64,000 bases of DNA from an uncultured delta proteobacterium (GCA_963713045.1 CAVQKE010000003.1:96001-160000), one strand, 5' to 3'. Shown: positions 29,808 through 41,209, numbered from the stretch's first letter. The notes: a model not told the origin generated them from the sequence alone. Made by a program: numbers and translations.

Positions 29808-29900
29808 GCCGGTCGGACGCCCCCTCAACGGCCCCTCCGGTGGGGCAACACCAGGGCGTCACCTGCCTTTCACACTTCGGAGAATTGGCCAGAAGCCCTC

Positions 29901-31517
29901 ATGACCGACGACATTGCCATCGGCATCGACTTAGGCACCTCATACTCCTGCGTGGCGCTGGTGAAGGACGGCGTCCCCACCGTGCTCCCCAATGAATGGG
30001 GAGAGCTGACCCACGCCTCGGTGGTGTCCTTCTTGGAGGACGGCACGGTGCTGGTGGGGAACGCGGCGAAAAAAAACATCATCACCAACGCCGAGTCCAC
30101 CGTCTATTCCACCAAGCGCCTCATCGGACGCTACTTCTTCTCCGATGAGGTGAAGAAGGCGATGACGGTGATGCCGTACAAAATCGTCGAGGGCGAAAAC
30201 AACTCGGTGCGGCTTCAAGTCCGGGACAAGGTGTATTCGCTGCCCGAAATCTCCGCCCTGGTGCTGAAGGAGATGAAGGCCATCGCCGAGACGGCCCTCG
30301 GCCGTGCCGTCAGTCGGGCGGTCATCACCGTGCCCGCCTACTTCAACGACAACCAGCGTCAGGCCACCAAGGACGCCGGACGCATTGCCGGGCTGGACGT
30401 GCTGCGCATTCTGAACGAGCCGACCGCCGCGGCGCTGGCCTACGGGTTTGGCCGGGACGTCAACCAGCGGGTGGTCATCTACGACTTGGGCGGCGGCACG
30501 TTTGATGTGTCCATTCTGGAAATTGGCCGCGACGTCTTCGAGGTGTTGTCCACCGCCGGCGACACCTACCTCGGCGGGGATGACTTTGACGACCGCATCA
30601 TGAGCTGGCTGGCGGCGGACTTCCTCACCCGCACCCGGCTGGATTTGCGGGCCAACCGCTATTGCCTGCAGACGCTGAAGGAGGCGGCGGAGCAAGCCAA
30701 AATCGACGTTGGCAAAAACGGCACGGCACAAATCCTCTGCGAAGCCATCTGCCAGGACGCCAGTGGAAAGGTGCTCGACTTGCGCGAGACGCTGACCACG
30801 GAGCATTTCAACCGCATGGTGATGGACCTCGTGCAGCGCACCTTCAAAGTCTGTGACGAGGCGCTGCAGAGCGCTCGACTCACCGCGGCAGACGTCGACG
30901 CCGTCATCCTGGTGGGTGGGCCGACGCGGTTGCCCATTGTCCGCAACTCGGTGCGGCACTATTTCCAGAAGGACCCAATGGAGGGCGTGGACCCGGACCA
31001 GGTGGTGGCGATGGGGGCGGCACTCCAGGCGGCGGCGTTGCTGAATGAAAAGAGCGCCACCTTCCTGGTGGACGTGACGCCGCTGTCGTTGCGCATTGGG
31101 ACGGTGGGCGGCTTCGCCGAGAAAATCATTGAAAAGAATACGCCCATTCCCATTGACCGCAGCAAGACCTTCACCACCAGCCGGGACTTGCAGGAGAAGG
31201 TGAAAATCCGCGTCTACCAGGGCGAGTCCAACCGGGTGGACGAGTGCGAGATGCTGGGCGAATTCGAATTTTCCGGCTTTAAAGTCGGCTACCGCGGCGA
31301 CGTGAAGATTGAAGTCACCTTTGAAATCAACACCGACGGCATCGTCCACGTCTCGGCAGCCGACGTCGACACTGGCCAGAAGACGTCCACCACCATCTCG
31401 CTGTCCTCCGGACTGAGCGAGGCGGACATCCAGCGCTCCATCGCCGACAACCAGGCGACGCAGCTGCAGCACGGGGAAGCCAGCGTTGAGCACTTCCCGG
31501 AGTTGCCGAGCGCATAA
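29901..31517 (+). CDS. Hsp70/DnaK paralog lacking most of the C-terminal lid
   Basis: [39 protein letters not shown]; 538 aa, ends shortly after SGLSEADI. Confidence 0.93.
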   Translation: MTDDIAIGIDLGTSYSCVALVKDGVPTVLPNEWGELTHASVVSFLEDGTVLVGNAAKKNIITNAESTVYSTKRLIGRYFFSDEVKKAMTVMPYKIVEGENNSVRLQVRDKVYSLPEISALVLKEMKAIAETALGRAVSRAVITVPAYFNDNQRQATKDAGRIAGLDVLRILNEPTAAALAYGFGRDVNQRVVIYDLGGGTFDVSILEIGRDVFEVLSTAGDTYLGGDDFDDRIMSWLAADFLTRTRLDLRANRYCLQTLKEAAEQAKIDVGKNGTAQILCEAICQDASGKVLDLRETLTTEHFNRMVMDLVQRTFKVCDEALQSARLTAADVDAVILVGGPTRLPIVRNSVRHYFQKDPMEGVDPDQVVAMGAALQAAALLNEKSATFLVDVTPLSLRIGTVGGFAEKIIEKNTPIPIDRSKTFTTSRDLQEKVKIRVYQGESNRVDECEMLGEFEFSGFKVGYRGDVKIEVTFEINTDGIVHVSAADVDTGQKTSTTISLSSGLSEADIQRSIADNQATQLQHGEASVEHFPELPSA

Positions 31518-31534
31518 AGCGGCTAGAGCGGGCC

Positions 31535-32455
31535 ATGGCGGACTCCAAGGACAAGGGCGAAGAGGGCAAGCCGCCGGGACCGGCGGTCCCGGCCATCCCC
31601 CGGCTGACGCCGGCTGTCCCGGAACCGGTGGACCCTCGCGCCCCTCCGGCGCGCCCGCCGCTGGCCGGCGTCACCACGCCGCCCCCGTCGTTGCCCCCAG
31701 TGCCCCTGGTTCCCAAGATGGCACCCCTGATGCCCCCGGTTGCACCGCGCGCTGCGCGCGGCACCCCCACCACCAGCACCGCCGTGCCGGTGGTGGCCCC
31801 CCAGCGTCCGGCAGCGACTGCCCCCGCCGTGCCCCCGGTGGCGCCGGTGCTGGCAGCAGCGCCCGCGGCCAAGACGACCCCGGCGCCGCTGGCCGACGCG
31901 GACGCAGAGTTGGAGCGCCTCTTCCATGCCCTGGACGAACTGGACTACTTCGAAGTGATGGGCCTTCCGTCCACGGCAGCCCCGGGGGACATCAAGCGCG
32001 CCTTCCACCAGTTGAGTCGCAACTACCACCCGGACCGCTTCTTTCAGTCCGAGGACACAGCGTTGAGAGGGCGGGTGCACGCCGTCTACAAGCGCGTCAC
32101 CGAGGCCTACTTCGTCCTGCGCGATGACGCGCGGCGGAAAAAGTACCTGCAGGACGTCACCGGGCCGGACCGACTGCGCAAGCTGCGCTTCGATGAATTG
32201 GCCGAGGCCGAAGCCAAGGCCGCCGTCAAAAAGGAGGTGGCCGAGCAGATTGGGACCCACCCCAAAGGGCGCCAATTCTTCCAGGTGGGCGTGACCGACC
32301 TCGAAGCCGGCCGGCTGGCGTCGGCCGAGCGCAACATCAAGCTGGCGCTCACCTTCGAGCCCACCAACCCGCTGTACCTGCAAAAGCTGGAGGAGGCCCG
32401 GGCCAAGTCCTACGAGGAGTTTAAGCGGTCGGGCAAAGGCTTCCGCATCGAATGA
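31535..32455 (+). CDS. J-domain co-chaperone with Pro-rich N-terminus and TPR-like C-terminus
   Basis: DYFEVMGL...IKRAF...YHPDRF...EAYFVLRD. Confidence 0.9.
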   Translation: MADSKDKGEEGKPPGPAVPAIPRLTPAVPEPVDPRAPPARPPLAGVTTPPPSLPPVPLVPKMAPLMPPVAPRAARGTPTTSTAVPVVAPQRPAATAPAVPPVAPVLAAAPAAKTTPAPLADADAELERLFHALDELDYFEVMGLPSTAAPGDIKRAFHQLSRNYHPDRFFQSEDTALRGRVHAVYKRVTEAYFVLRDDARRKKYLQDVTGPDRLRKLRFDELAEAEAKAAVKKEVAEQIGTHPKGRQFFQVGVTDLEAGRLASAERNIKLALTFEPTNPLYLQKLEEARAKSYEEFKRSGKGFRIE

Positions 32456-33195
32456 CCCTCGACGTCCTCATCCTCGCGCTGGCGCTGCTGGTGGGCTTTC
32501 TCGGCGCGCGCCGCGGGGCCGCTTCCCAACTGGCGGGCTGGGGGGCGCTGGTGCTGGCCGTCCTGGCCGCCCGGCCCGGGGGGCAGCTTTTGGGCCCCAC
32601 CTTCCGAGGCTGGCTGCACGCGCCGGCAGGCACGGCCAGCGTGGCGGCTGGCTTTGCCACTTTCGTGGTGGTGCTGGTGGTGGCACGCCTTCTTCTGCAG
32701 GCCCTGCTGCGGGGCTTATTCACCCTGGGCAACCCCGAGCGACAGGGGCCGGACCATGCCTTGGGCTTTTTCCTCGGGGCGGCCAAGGTGCTGGCCATCG
32801 CCTGGGTGGCGCTTTCGGCGCTGGCTTTTGTGGAGCAGCGCTTCAGCCTCACCGGCAAGCTGTTTGGCATTACGCCCTCCGACTCGCTGGCCTTCTCCGC
32901 AGCCCGGCGGTGGAACCTGTTCGCCCTTTCGGACTTCGGCCCGACGCGCTCGCTGTTGGCGTTGGAGCAGGCCCTGGGCAGGCCCGGAGGGAAGGCGCGG
33001 CTCGCCAGCAACGCCGCAGTGAACCGACTCCTCAAAAACCCGGCCTTCCGGGCCGTCAGCGAAGACCCGGCCGTCCGACAGGCGGTGGAGCAGCAGGACG
33101 TGCTGTCGCTGCTGAAGGCGGACTCCGTCGCCAAGCTGCTACAGGACGGCGATGCCCGGGGACAGTTGCAGGCCGCGCTGGACGCTGCGCCCTAA
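32452..33195 (+). CDS. CvpA family membrane protein
   Basis: LDVLIL...[17 protein letters not shown]. Confidence 0.75.
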   Translation: MTLDVLILALALLVGFLGARRGAASQLAGWGALVLAVLAARPGGQLLGPTFRGWLHAPAGTASVAAGFATFVVVLVVARLLLQALLRGLFTLGNPERQGPDHALGFFLGAAKVLAIAWVALSALAFVEQRFSLTGKLFGITPSDSLAFSAARRWNLFALSDFGPTRSLLALEQALGRPGGKARLASNAAVNRLLKNPAFRAVSEDPAVRQAVEQQDVLSLLKADSVAKLLQDGDARGQLQAALDAAP

Positions 33196-33257
33196 GTGGG
33201 CCAAGGGCGACGAAATCAGTTGCACCTAGCTGGCGCCACAAGCAAACAGGAGCGGCA

Positions 33258-33731
33258 ATGGCGACACTGAAGGTGGGCAGCAAAGCCCCGGCTTGGACGC
33301 TGCCGGACCAGGACGGAAAGCCGGTGAAGCTGTCGTCCTTCAAGGACCAGCCGGTGGTCCTGTACTTTTACCCGAGGGACGACACGCCCGGCTGTACCCA
33401 GGAGGCGTGCGACTTCCGCGACCAATACGCCGTGCTGAAGAAGGCGGGGGCGGTGCTGCTGGGCGTCAGTCCGGATGACGTGAAAAGCCACGGCAAGTTT
33501 GCCGCCAAGCACGCGCTGCCCTTCCCGCTGCTGGCCGACCCCGACCACGCCGTGGCCGAGGCCTATGGCGCCTGGGCGGAGAAGTCGATGTACGGCAGGA
33601 AATACATGGGAATTGTCCGCTCCACCTTCCTCATCGACGCCGGCGGGAAGGTGGCCCGGGTGTGGCCCAAGGTGAAGGTCCGCGGCCACGTGGACGAGGT
33701 CCGCGAGGCCCTGGCCGCCCTGTCGGGCTAA
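33258..33731 (+). CDS. bcp: Thioredoxin-dependent peroxiredoxin BCP
   Basis: [23 protein letters not shown]. Confidence 0.95.
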   Translation: MATLKVGSKAPAWTLPDQDGKPVKLSSFKDQPVVLYFYPRDDTPGCTQEACDFRDQYAVLKKAGAVLLGVSPDDVKSHGKFAAKHALPFPLLADPDHAVAEAYGAWAEKSMYGRKYMGIVRSTFLIDAGGKVARVWPKVKVRGHVDEVREALAALSG

Positions 33732-33872
33732 CGCTTGGGGGGGAGGCTCCAGCCACGCAGTCGTCGTGGCCCGGTTTTTCGCTTATTGTGCCCCCTCTTT
33801 CGAAGGTGCCCCAGGCGGCCAGGGGCGACGTTTTCCCCGCTTGGGTGCCCCCTTAGGAGAACCACACCAGAG

Positions 33873-35867
33873 ATGAACAACGTTCCCGTACAAGCCTGGA
33901 CCAAGGAAGAGGCGCTGGAGACGTACCTGGTTCCCCATTGGGGCGGAGGTTCCTTCGGCATCAACGACAAGGGCCACGTCATCATCCACCCGGGCGGTCC
34001 GGGCACAGCGTCAATGGACCTGAAGGAATTGGTGGACGAAGTGCGCCGGCGGGGCATCCACCCCCCCTTGCTCATCCGCTTCACCGACATTCTCAAAAGC
34101 CGCGTGGTGCACCTCAACGAGTGCTTCCGTGCGGCCATCACTGAGCACGGCTACCGCGGTGTCTACCAGGGCGTCTACCCCATCAAGGTGAACCAGCACC
34201 GCTACGTGGTGGAAACCATCGTCCAGGCCGGTAGGCCCTACGGCTATGGGCTGGAGGCCGGTAGCAAGCCCGAGTTGTTGGCCGTCATGGCGCTGGTCCA
34301 GGACGAGGGCGCCCTCATCATCTGCAACGGCTACAAGGACGAGGAGTACATCGAATACGCGCTGCTCGCCTCGAAGCTTGGCCGCAAAGTGGTGCTGGTG
34401 GTGGAGAAGCCGAGCGAGCTGGCCCTCATCGCCGAGGTCTCGCGCAAGCTGTCCATCCGCCCCACCATCGGCATCCGGGTGCGCCTCTCCACCCGCGGCG
34501 CGGGAAAGTGGGAAGCCTCCGGCGGCGACCGGAGCAAATTCGGACTGTCCTCGGGCGAGCTGTTGGACGCGATGAATTTCATGCGCCAGGTGGGCCTCTT
34601 CGACGCCTTCCAGCTGCTCCACTTTCACCTGGGCAGCCAAGTCTCCAACATCCGCAGCTTCAAAAATGCGCTGCACGAGGCCAGCTGCTTCTACGTGGAA
34701 TTGGTCCGGGCCGGAGCCCCGCTGCAGTACCTGGACGTGGGCGGGGGCCTGGGGGTGGACTACGACGGCAGCCAAACCAACTTCGCCTCCTCGATGAATT
34801 ACACCCCCGAGGAGTACGCCAACGACGTCGTCTTCGGGGTGATGGAGGCCTGTCAGGCGGCGGGGGTCCCGCAGCCCACCCTGGTCTCAGAATCCGGCCG
34901 GGCGGTGGTGGCGCACCACGCGGTCCTGGTGACCGAAGTCCTCGGGGTGAGTGAATTCAACACCCAGGGCGTGCCGGACGCGCTCCCCGACGGCACCACC
35001 CCGGTGGTGAAGAAGCTGTGGAGCACCTACCGCGAACTGTCGCGGAAAAACCTCATCGAAAGCTTCCACGACGCCTCCGAATATAAGGAGGAGTGCTTGA
35101 CGCTCTTCTCCCTGGGGCACTTGACGCTCGACCAGCGGGTGGCCGCCGAAAACCTCTACTGGGCCATCTGCCACAAGCTATTGCGCATGGCGCGCGAGCT
35201 GGACGAGATGCCGGAGGAGTTGGAGGGGTTGGAGCGGCTGTTGGCCGACACCTACTTCTGCAACTTCAGCGTCTTTCAGTCGCTGCCCGACAGCTGGGCG
35301 ATTGACCAGCTGTTTCCCGTCCTCCCCATCCACCGCCTGCTGGAGGCACCCACCCGTAAGGCGGTACTGGCCGACATCACCTGCGACTCGGACGGCAAAC
35401 TCGAGCACTTCATCGACCGGCGCGAGGTGAAGGACGTGCTGGAGCTGCACCCCATCAACCACGACGACTATTACATTGGCATTTTTCTGGTGGGCGCCTA
35501 CCAGGAGATTCTGGGGGACCTGCACAACCTGTTTGGGGACACCCATGCCGTCCAGGTGTCACTGGCGCCCGATGGCGGCTACCTGATTGACCACGTGGTG
35601 TCCGGCGACACGGTGACGGAAGTCCTCAACTACGTCAGCTTCTCGCGCGATGACTTGGTGGCCCGCGTGCGAAGCTTCGCCGAGGTGGCGCTGCGCGCCG
35701 GACGCATCAGCCTGGATGAGTCGCGCACCCTGCTGCGCGCCTACGAGGACGGTCTCGCCGGCTACACCTACCTCGAGCGCGAGGTGGACGCCCCGGCGAT
35801 GGCCGGCAGTGGGCAGTTGCGCCTGGTGGAGAAGGCCGAGCCGGCCAGTCCTCGCACTGGCACCTGA
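33873..35867 (+). CDS. speA: Biosynthetic arginine decarboxylase
   Basis: YPIKVN PLP lysine, LEAGSKPEL, HFHLGSQ, DVGGGLG, ESGR, TCDSDG, GAYQEILG. Confidence 0.97.
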   Translation: MNNVPVQAWTKEEALETYLVPHWGGGSFGINDKGHVIIHPGGPGTASMDLKELVDEVRRRGIHPPLLIRFTDILKSRVVHLNECFRAAITEHGYRGVYQGVYPIKVNQHRYVVETIVQAGRPYGYGLEAGSKPELLAVMALVQDEGALIICNGYKDEEYIEYALLASKLGRKVVLVVEKPSELALIAEVSRKLSIRPTIGIRVRLSTRGAGKWEASGGDRSKFGLSSGELLDAMNFMRQVGLFDAFQLLHFHLGSQVSNIRSFKNALHEASCFYVELVRAGAPLQYLDVGGGLGVDYDGSQTNFASSMNYTPEEYANDVVFGVMEACQAAGVPQPTLVSESGRAVVAHHAVLVTEVLGVSEFNTQGVPDALPDGTTPVVKKLWSTYRELSRKNLIESFHDASEYKEECLTLFSLGHLTLDQRVAAENLYWAICHKLLRMARELDEMPEELEGLERLLADTYFCNFSVFQSLPDSWAIDQLFPVLPIHRLLEAPTRKAVLADITCDSDGKLEHFIDRREVKDVLELHPINHDDYYIGIFLVGAYQEILGDLHNLFGDTHAVQVSLAPDGGYLIDHVVSGDTVTEVLNYVSFSRDDLVARVRSFAEVALRAGRISLDESRTLLRAYEDGLAGYTYLEREVDAPAMAGSGQLRLVEKAEPASPRTGT

Positions 35868-35897
35868 AGCGGTCAGGGCCCCGGTGCCGCCCCGGCT

Positions 35898-36311
35898 TCA
35901 GTGGTAGCGCACGGAGATTTGCACTTCCGGATGCAGGCTTCGGTGCACCGGGCAGCTTTCGGCGACGTGCTGCATGCGCGTCCGGTGCGCTGCTGAAAGT
36001 CCGGGCGGAAGCCACAACTCCACCGTCAGCATCCCAATGCGCCGCGGGGAGGCATTCATGTGCTTCTCCACGCGGCCTCGGGCCGGCCCCCAGGCGATGC
36101 CTTCCCGGGCGGCCGCCAGCGCCATGGTGGTGAGCATGCAGCTCAGCAGGCCCGAGGCGACGAGGTCCGTCGGCGAGAAGGAGCGCCCCTCGCCGCCGTT
36201 GTCCCTGGGGGCGTCGGTGGTCAGCCCGGCCCCGCTGGGGACGTGGTGGAGGCGCACTTGCAGGCCGCCGTCGGCGTCGGCAGTCACTTCGACGAAGTGG
36301 GGACTTTCCAT
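35898..36311 (-). CDS. OsmC family protein
   Basis: TDAP...SPTDL...SC, CPVHRSL. Confidence 0.88.
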   Translation of the reverse strand: MESPHFVEVTADADGGLQVRLHHVPSGAGLTTDAPRDNGGEGRSFSPTDLVASGLLSCMLTTMALAAAREGIAWGPARGRVEKHMNASPRRIGMLTVELWLPPGLSAAHRTRMQHVAESCPVHRSLHPEVQISVRYH

Positions 36312-36327
36312 GTCCAGCAAGGCCTTT

Positions 36328-37527
36328 CTACCGGACGGTGGGCCCCGGGCGCGGAAGTTTGGGCTTCCTCTGGCTCGGGCTCCACTGCAGGGTGGGGAGA
36401 AGCGAGGCGCGGCGTTTTTGCACCTCTTTGTCCAGGAGCGCGACGGCGTCTGGAAGGCGCTCCATCAAGCGCATCGGTGGCCGCTTCGCGCCGGTGGACA
36501 GCAGGGCGTGGGTGAGCCAGGGGAAGACGGCCGTCACGTCGCAATGCACATAGACGCTGCCCGTCTCCACCGCCTGCGTGGAGACTTTGCCCCAGGTGTG
36601 CCCTTCCCCCGCTGGGCAGCTGCTGAGTGCGCCGTTGTCCACCGGGTCGACGCAGAATTGTAAGTCAATGTCGAAACCCGCCGTCGGCACCCCGAGAATT
36701 TGGTCCAGCAGCGGCTCTCCCTGCAGCGTGTAATTTTTCGGGACGCCGCCGCCCAGAATCCAAATGGCCAGCTTGCGGCTGCCGTGGTGGCGGCACAAGT
36801 GCTGCAGCGCCGCCATGGCGAAGACGTCTTCGTTGATGTCGATTTCGAATTGGAAGTCCTCGCCCAAAAGCCGACGCAGCTTCACCACGTTGAGGAAGAT
36901 GGAGCCGTCCTGCACCGCACCGACGAAGATGGGCACCGCGTTGCGGTAGCAGCTGCTGAGCAGCGAGGGCTGGCGCACGCCGAGGGACCTCTCAATGCGG
37001 TGCATCGCCTGACCGAGGAGGAAGTGAAACTGCGGAGTCGTCATCCGCCGTTGGAACTGCGGGCCTCGGATGAGGGCCGAGAACAGGCGGTCGGTGTCCA
37101 GCAGCGCTTCTTCCCAGAAGCCCAAGTCATAAATGCGGATGATGCGGGCCAGCCGCAGCGCCAGGTCCCCGGCGTCCGGCGCGACCTCGCGGATGGCGTG
37201 CCCCAGCACCCGGTGGGCGTCGTGGTAGAGGTTGGCACCGGTGGTGGTCAGCACACTGAGGATGCCGCGCTCCACCAGCGGAATGAGGCAGCTTTGGTGG
37301 AGCCCGGCCGGCGTCATGGCGCCGGACAGCGTCAGGTAGATGGAAGCGTCCTCGGCCAGCGAGCGGCGCATCAATTCAAAAGCGGTGCGCTCCTGGCGGC
37401 CGACGTAGGCCGGGAAGGCCTGAGCCAGAAGCTCCGTCGGCTTTTCCTTCCCGGTAATGGGCCGCGGGTCCACGGTGCGGGCCTTGGCATAGGCCGAGCG
37501 AAGTGACTTCTTCTTGGGCGGGGGCAT
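36328..37527 (-). CDS. Deoxyhypusine synthase-like protein (homospermidine biosynthesis type)
   Basis: SGAMTPAG, TTGANLYHD, RIYD, DGSI, GGGVPKN, GALS, TWGK catalytic Lys. Confidence 0.9.
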   Translation of the reverse strand: MPPPKKKSLRSAYAKARTVDPRPITGKEKPTELLAQAFPAYVGRQERTAFELMRRSLAEDASIYLTLSGAMTPAGLHQSCLIPLVERGILSVLTTTGANLYHDAHRVLGHAIREVAPDAGDLALRLARIIRIYDLGFWEEALLDTDRLFSALIRGPQFQRRMTTPQFHFLLGQAMHRIERSLGVRQPSLLSSCYRNAVPIFVGAVQDGSIFLNVVKLRRLLGEDFQFEIDINEDVFAMAALQHLCRHHGSRKLAIWILGGGVPKNYTLQGEPLLDQILGVPTAGFDIDLQFCVDPVDNGALSSCPAGEGHTWGKVSTQAVETGSVYVHCDVTAVFPWLTHALLSTGAKRPPMRLMERLPDAVALLDKEVQKRRASLLPTLQWSPSQRKPKLPRPGPTVR

Positions 37528-37600
37528 GGGGAGAGAAGAGCCCATTAACCCTGGGTGCGCCCGAGGCGCCAGCCTCAAACGCTGAACGCAGGTGCCCGCT

Positions 37601-38068
37601 TCAGGCGTGCGCAGCGTCAGCCGCCATCGGCAGCGGCGAGGCCTTCAACTCCGCCATGGCCAGCTGGTCCAACGTGGCCCCTCGGTACACCTCAAGCATC
37701 CGTTCCTGCCCGCGCCGCCACACCCCGTACATGGTGCAGGCGGCCGTCATGCGGCAACTCTCATGTTCGCCCCCGCCGCACAGCGACACGACGAAGGGCC
37801 CCTCCACCGCCTCAATCACGTCCAGAAAAGTAATCTCCCGCGGCGCTTTGGTGAGGCGGTAGCCGCCGTGCGCGCCGCGCGCACTGGTGACCAACCCCCG
37901 TCCCACCAGCGTCTTGAGGATTTTGGCGAGAAAATCCTCGGGGACGTCCATCTTGCGGGCAATCTCCCGAAAGGAGACCAGGACACCGGGCGCTTGGGCG
38001 GCCAGGCACACCATGGCCCTGAGGCCGTATTCAATTTTCCGGGAGATTTGGAGCGCGTGGTGCTGCAT
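37601..38068 (-). CDS. Rrf2 family (IscR-like) transcriptional regulator
   Basis: YGLRAM, SARGAHGGYRL, DVIEAVEG, three Cys. Confidence 0.92.
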   Translation of the reverse strand: MQHHALQISRKIEYGLRAMVCLAAQAPGVLVSFREIARKMDVPEDFLAKILKTLVGRGLVTSARGAHGGYRLTKAPREITFLDVIEAVEGPFVVSLCGGGEHESCRMTAACTMYGVWRRGQERMLEVYRGATLDQLAMAELKASPLPMAADAAHA

Positions 38069-38071
38069 GGA

Positions 38072-38105
38072 AACCGCTTGAAAAACGGAGGTTTAACCGC
38101 TTGAA
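38072..38105. repeat. 11-bp direct repeat in the Rrf2/PHP divergent promoter
   Basis: AACCGCTTGAA at 38072-38082 and 38095-38105. Confidence 0.55.
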
Positions 38106-38134
38106 GTATAACGCCCTCAGGGCACTGCCCGCAA

Positions 38135-38989
38135 ATGGCCATTGACCTGCACAGCCACACCACCGCCAGTGACGGGGAGCACTCCCCGGAGGCCCTGTTG
38201 GCACTCGCTCGGGCCGCCGGCGTGACGGTGCTGGCAGTGACCGACCACGACACGGTGGCTGGATTGCAGCGCGCTGCTGCCGCGGCGGAGGCCGAAGGAC
38301 TGGGCTTCGTTCCGGGAATCGAAATTTCCGCCACCGCCGCCGGCCGGGAAGTCCACGTCCTCGGACACTTCGTCGACGCGGCCGAGTCCGGCCTGGCGCG
38401 CTTTTCGGACAGGCTGCGGGGCGAGCGCGCAGTGCGCATGGGACGCATGGTGGAACGGATGGGGCAGCTCGGCTTCACCGTCACGCTGGAGGAAGTGGAG
38501 CAGATTGGAGGCGGCGGGCACCTCGGGCGGCCCCACTTGGCGCTGGCCCTCCTCAACCGCGGCTACGTCAGCTCCACCAAGGAAGCCTTTGACCGCTTCC
38601 TCGCCGATGGCCGCCCAGGGCATGTCGACCGCTTCCGGTTGAGTGTCGAGGAGGCGATTCAACTCCTCCACGCCGCTGGGGGCACCGCCACCCTGGCCCA
38701 CCCCGGCCCCTCGAAAGTGACTGAGCCGACGCTGCAAGCCCTGGCCCGGGCAGGCTTGGACGGGCTGGAGGTGTTTCACGTCGACCACACCCCGGGTCAG
38801 CGGCAGGCGCTGCTGCGCACCGCCGATGCGCTGGGCCTCATCCCCACCGGCGGCAGCGACTACCACGGCGCCCGTGTCTCTCCGGGCCGAACGCCAGGCG
38901 GCTCCACCACGCCACCGGAGGCCTTCGCGCGCCTGCGCGCGCGCGCGCAGGCGCAGGCCGGTGCGGCGGGGCGGAAACCGCCGCTTTGA
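38135..38989 (+). CDS. PHP domain phosphoesterase (TrpH/YciV-like)
   Basis: DLHSHT.ASDG, TDHD, GIEIS, GRPH, AHP, GGSDYHG. Confidence 0.92.
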   Translation: MAIDLHSHTTASDGEHSPEALLALARAAGVTVLAVTDHDTVAGLQRAAAAAEAEGLGFVPGIEISATAAGREVHVLGHFVDAAESGLARFSDRLRGERAVRMGRMVERMGQLGFTVTLEEVEQIGGGGHLGRPHLALALLNRGYVSSTKEAFDRFLADGRPGHVDRFRLSVEEAIQLLHAAGGTATLAHPGPSKVTEPTLQALARAGLDGLEVFHVDHTPGQRQALLRTADALGLIPTGGSDYHGARVSPGRTPGGSTTPPEAFARLRARAQAQAGAAGRKPPL

Positions 38990-39015
38990 CAGCCCCGGCG
39001 CGGCTCGGCCAATGT
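38986..39015 (+). promoter_or_regulatory. Candidate sigma70 promoter for nuoA
   Basis: TTGACA (38986-38991), 18-nt spacer, CAATGT. Confidence 0.35.
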
Positions 39016-39028
39016 GCGAACACTTCCC

Positions 39029-39403
39029 ATGACTCCCCTCCCTGTCGTCTCCTACCTGCCGCTTGCCGTGGTGCTGCTGCTGGCCGTGGTGATGGCCGCC
39101 GCGGTGAGCTCGCTCTCCTCGCTGGTCGGCCCCAAAAACCCCAACCCCGTCAAGTCGGTCATTTTCGAGGCGGGGAGTGAGCCCGCGCCCGGCTCTTCCC
39201 GCCAGCGCTTCGCCGTCAAATTCTACGTGGTGGCACTGCTCTTCATCGTCTTCGACGTGGAGACGGTGTTTCTGTACCCGTGGGCGGTGAATTTCAAAAT
39301 GCTGGGATGGTTCGGCTATGGGGAGATGTTCATCTTCGCCGCGACCCTGGCGGTGGGACTGGTCTACGTTTGGAAAAAGGGCGCCCTGAGCTGGGAGACG
39401 TGA
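39029..39403 (+). CDS. nuoA: NADH-quinone oxidoreductase subunit A
   Basis: RFAVKFYVVALLFIVFDVETVFLYPWA...WKKGALSWE. Confidence 0.95.
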   Translation: MTPLPVVSYLPLAVVLLLAVVMAAAVSSLSSLVGPKNPNPVKSVIFEAGSEPAPGSSRQRFAVKFYVVALLFIVFDVETVFLYPWAVNFKMLGWFGYGEMFIFAATLAVGLVYVWKKGALSWET

Positions 39404-39415
39404 GACAAGGACACC

Positions 39416-39979
39416 ATGCCGGACACCGAACTCGCACCCGTCATCACCACGCGCCGCGACGAAAGCATTGGGTTTCTGCAGAGTCTTCTCAGTAAGGGTC
39501 TCGGCTGGGCTCGCAAGTATTCGCTTTTCATGTACCCCTACGCCACCGCCTGCTGCGCGATGGAGTACATGTCCGTGGCCAGTAGCCGCCATGACATTGC
39601 GCGCTTCGGCGCCGAGTACCCGCGCTTCTCCCCCCGGCAGGCCGACTTGCTGATGGTGGTCGGCACCATCAACCAGAAGCAAGCCCCCATCCTCAAGCGC
39701 GTCTGGGAGCAGATGACGGAGCCCAAGTGGGTCGTCAGCTTCGGCGTCTGCGCCTCCTCCGGCGGCTTCTACGACAACTACGCGGTGCTTCAAGGCATCG
39801 ACCGCATTCTGCCGGTGGACGTCTACATTCCCGGCTGCCCGCCTCGCCCTGAACAGGTCCTCGACGCTTTGATGCTGCTGCAGGACAAAATCCAACGGCA
39901 GGTGCACCGCATTGGCCGGATGGTGGAAGACCGGCCGGCGCCGGGCGACGTCAAAGCGCCGTTGGCCACGCCCCGCTGA
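39416..39979 (+). CDS. nuoB: NADH-quinone oxidoreductase subunit B
   Basis: [34 protein letters not shown]. Confidence 0.96.
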   Translation: MPDTELAPVITTRRDESIGFLQSLLSKGLGWARKYSLFMYPYATACCAMEYMSVASSRHDIARFGAEYPRFSPRQADLLMVVGTINQKQAPILKRVWEQMTEPKWVVSFGVCASSGGFYDNYAVLQGIDRILPVDVYIPGCPPRPEQVLDALMLLQDKIQRQVHRIGRMVEDRPAPGDVKAPLATPR

Positions 39980-39987
39980 CGGGGCGT
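39968..39987. terminator. Hairpin between convergent nuoB and thioesterase genes
   Basis: ACGCCCCG-CTGA-CGGGGCGT inverted repeat; no clear U-tract. Confidence 0.3.
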
Positions 39988-40466
39988 TACCAGCGGTAGT
40001 AGGCCGGGTGTCCGGGCTTCACTGCGACGAAGGTGCCGCGGCAACGGGCGCACAGCTTGCCGTTGGCGCTGAGCGTCGCCTCCACCACCACGCGGTCCTC
40101 GCGCACTTCCACCGCCTTGGCCCACAGCGCAAGCTCGGCGTCACTGGGCGTCGGTGCGCGCAGCGTGACGTGGAAGTCGGCCGTCACCGTGCAGGGCGGA
40201 CTGCTTTGCCCACTCTTTCGCATCAGGGCAACCAGGGCCGTCCAGTTGGAGTGACAGTCCAGAAGCGCGCCGACAATGCCGCCGTTGAGGACACCGGGGA
40301 AGGCCTCATGGTGCTTCTGCGCGCGCCAGGTCGCCACCACCGCGTCGCCCTCCTCAAAGCTGCGGATGCGGAGGCCCTGGGCGTTGGCTGGCCCGCAGCC
40401 GAAGCAGGCGTTGCCCGGCGCGTAGCGCTCCTGAAGGCTGAGGGGCTGGCTTTGGCCGTTGGCCAT
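39987..40466 (-). CDS. PaaI/hot-dog fold thioesterase
   Basis: CFGCGPANAQGL, PGVLNGGIVGALLDCH. Confidence 0.85.
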   Translation of the reverse strand: MANGQSQPLSLQERYAPGNACFGCGPANAQGLRIRSFEEGDAVVATWRAQKHHEAFPGVLNGGIVGALLDCHSNWTALVALMRKSGQSSPPCTVTADFHVTLRAPTPSDAELALWAKAVEVREDRVVVEATLSANGKLCARCRGTFVAVKPGHPAYYRW

Positions 40467-40705
40467 CTTGCGCCACCTTCCTTACCAACCCCACCCCAGC
40501 GGAGGCCAGCGACGGCCAAAGCCTCTTGTCCACGCCGGCCGGGCGGCCCGGGGGTTGCTGCGGGTGGCGCCGCAGCGCGTCGGGGGCAGCCGTGCTGGCG
40601 CCGAAGGGCGCTTGACCGCTGAGGATGGCCGTCCCCATTGTGCGGCGCGCACGGCAAGGGGCGTTTGCCAACCCAGGCGTGTGGGGCTGCTTCTGGAGGG
40701 TGGAC

Positions 40706-41209
<504 letters not shown>

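Noticed and set aside
29940..31493. 517-aa ORF antisense to the Hsp70 gene
   Set aside because: Mirror-frame ORF caused by GC3 bias, a familiar artefact for dnaK; no recognisable motifs
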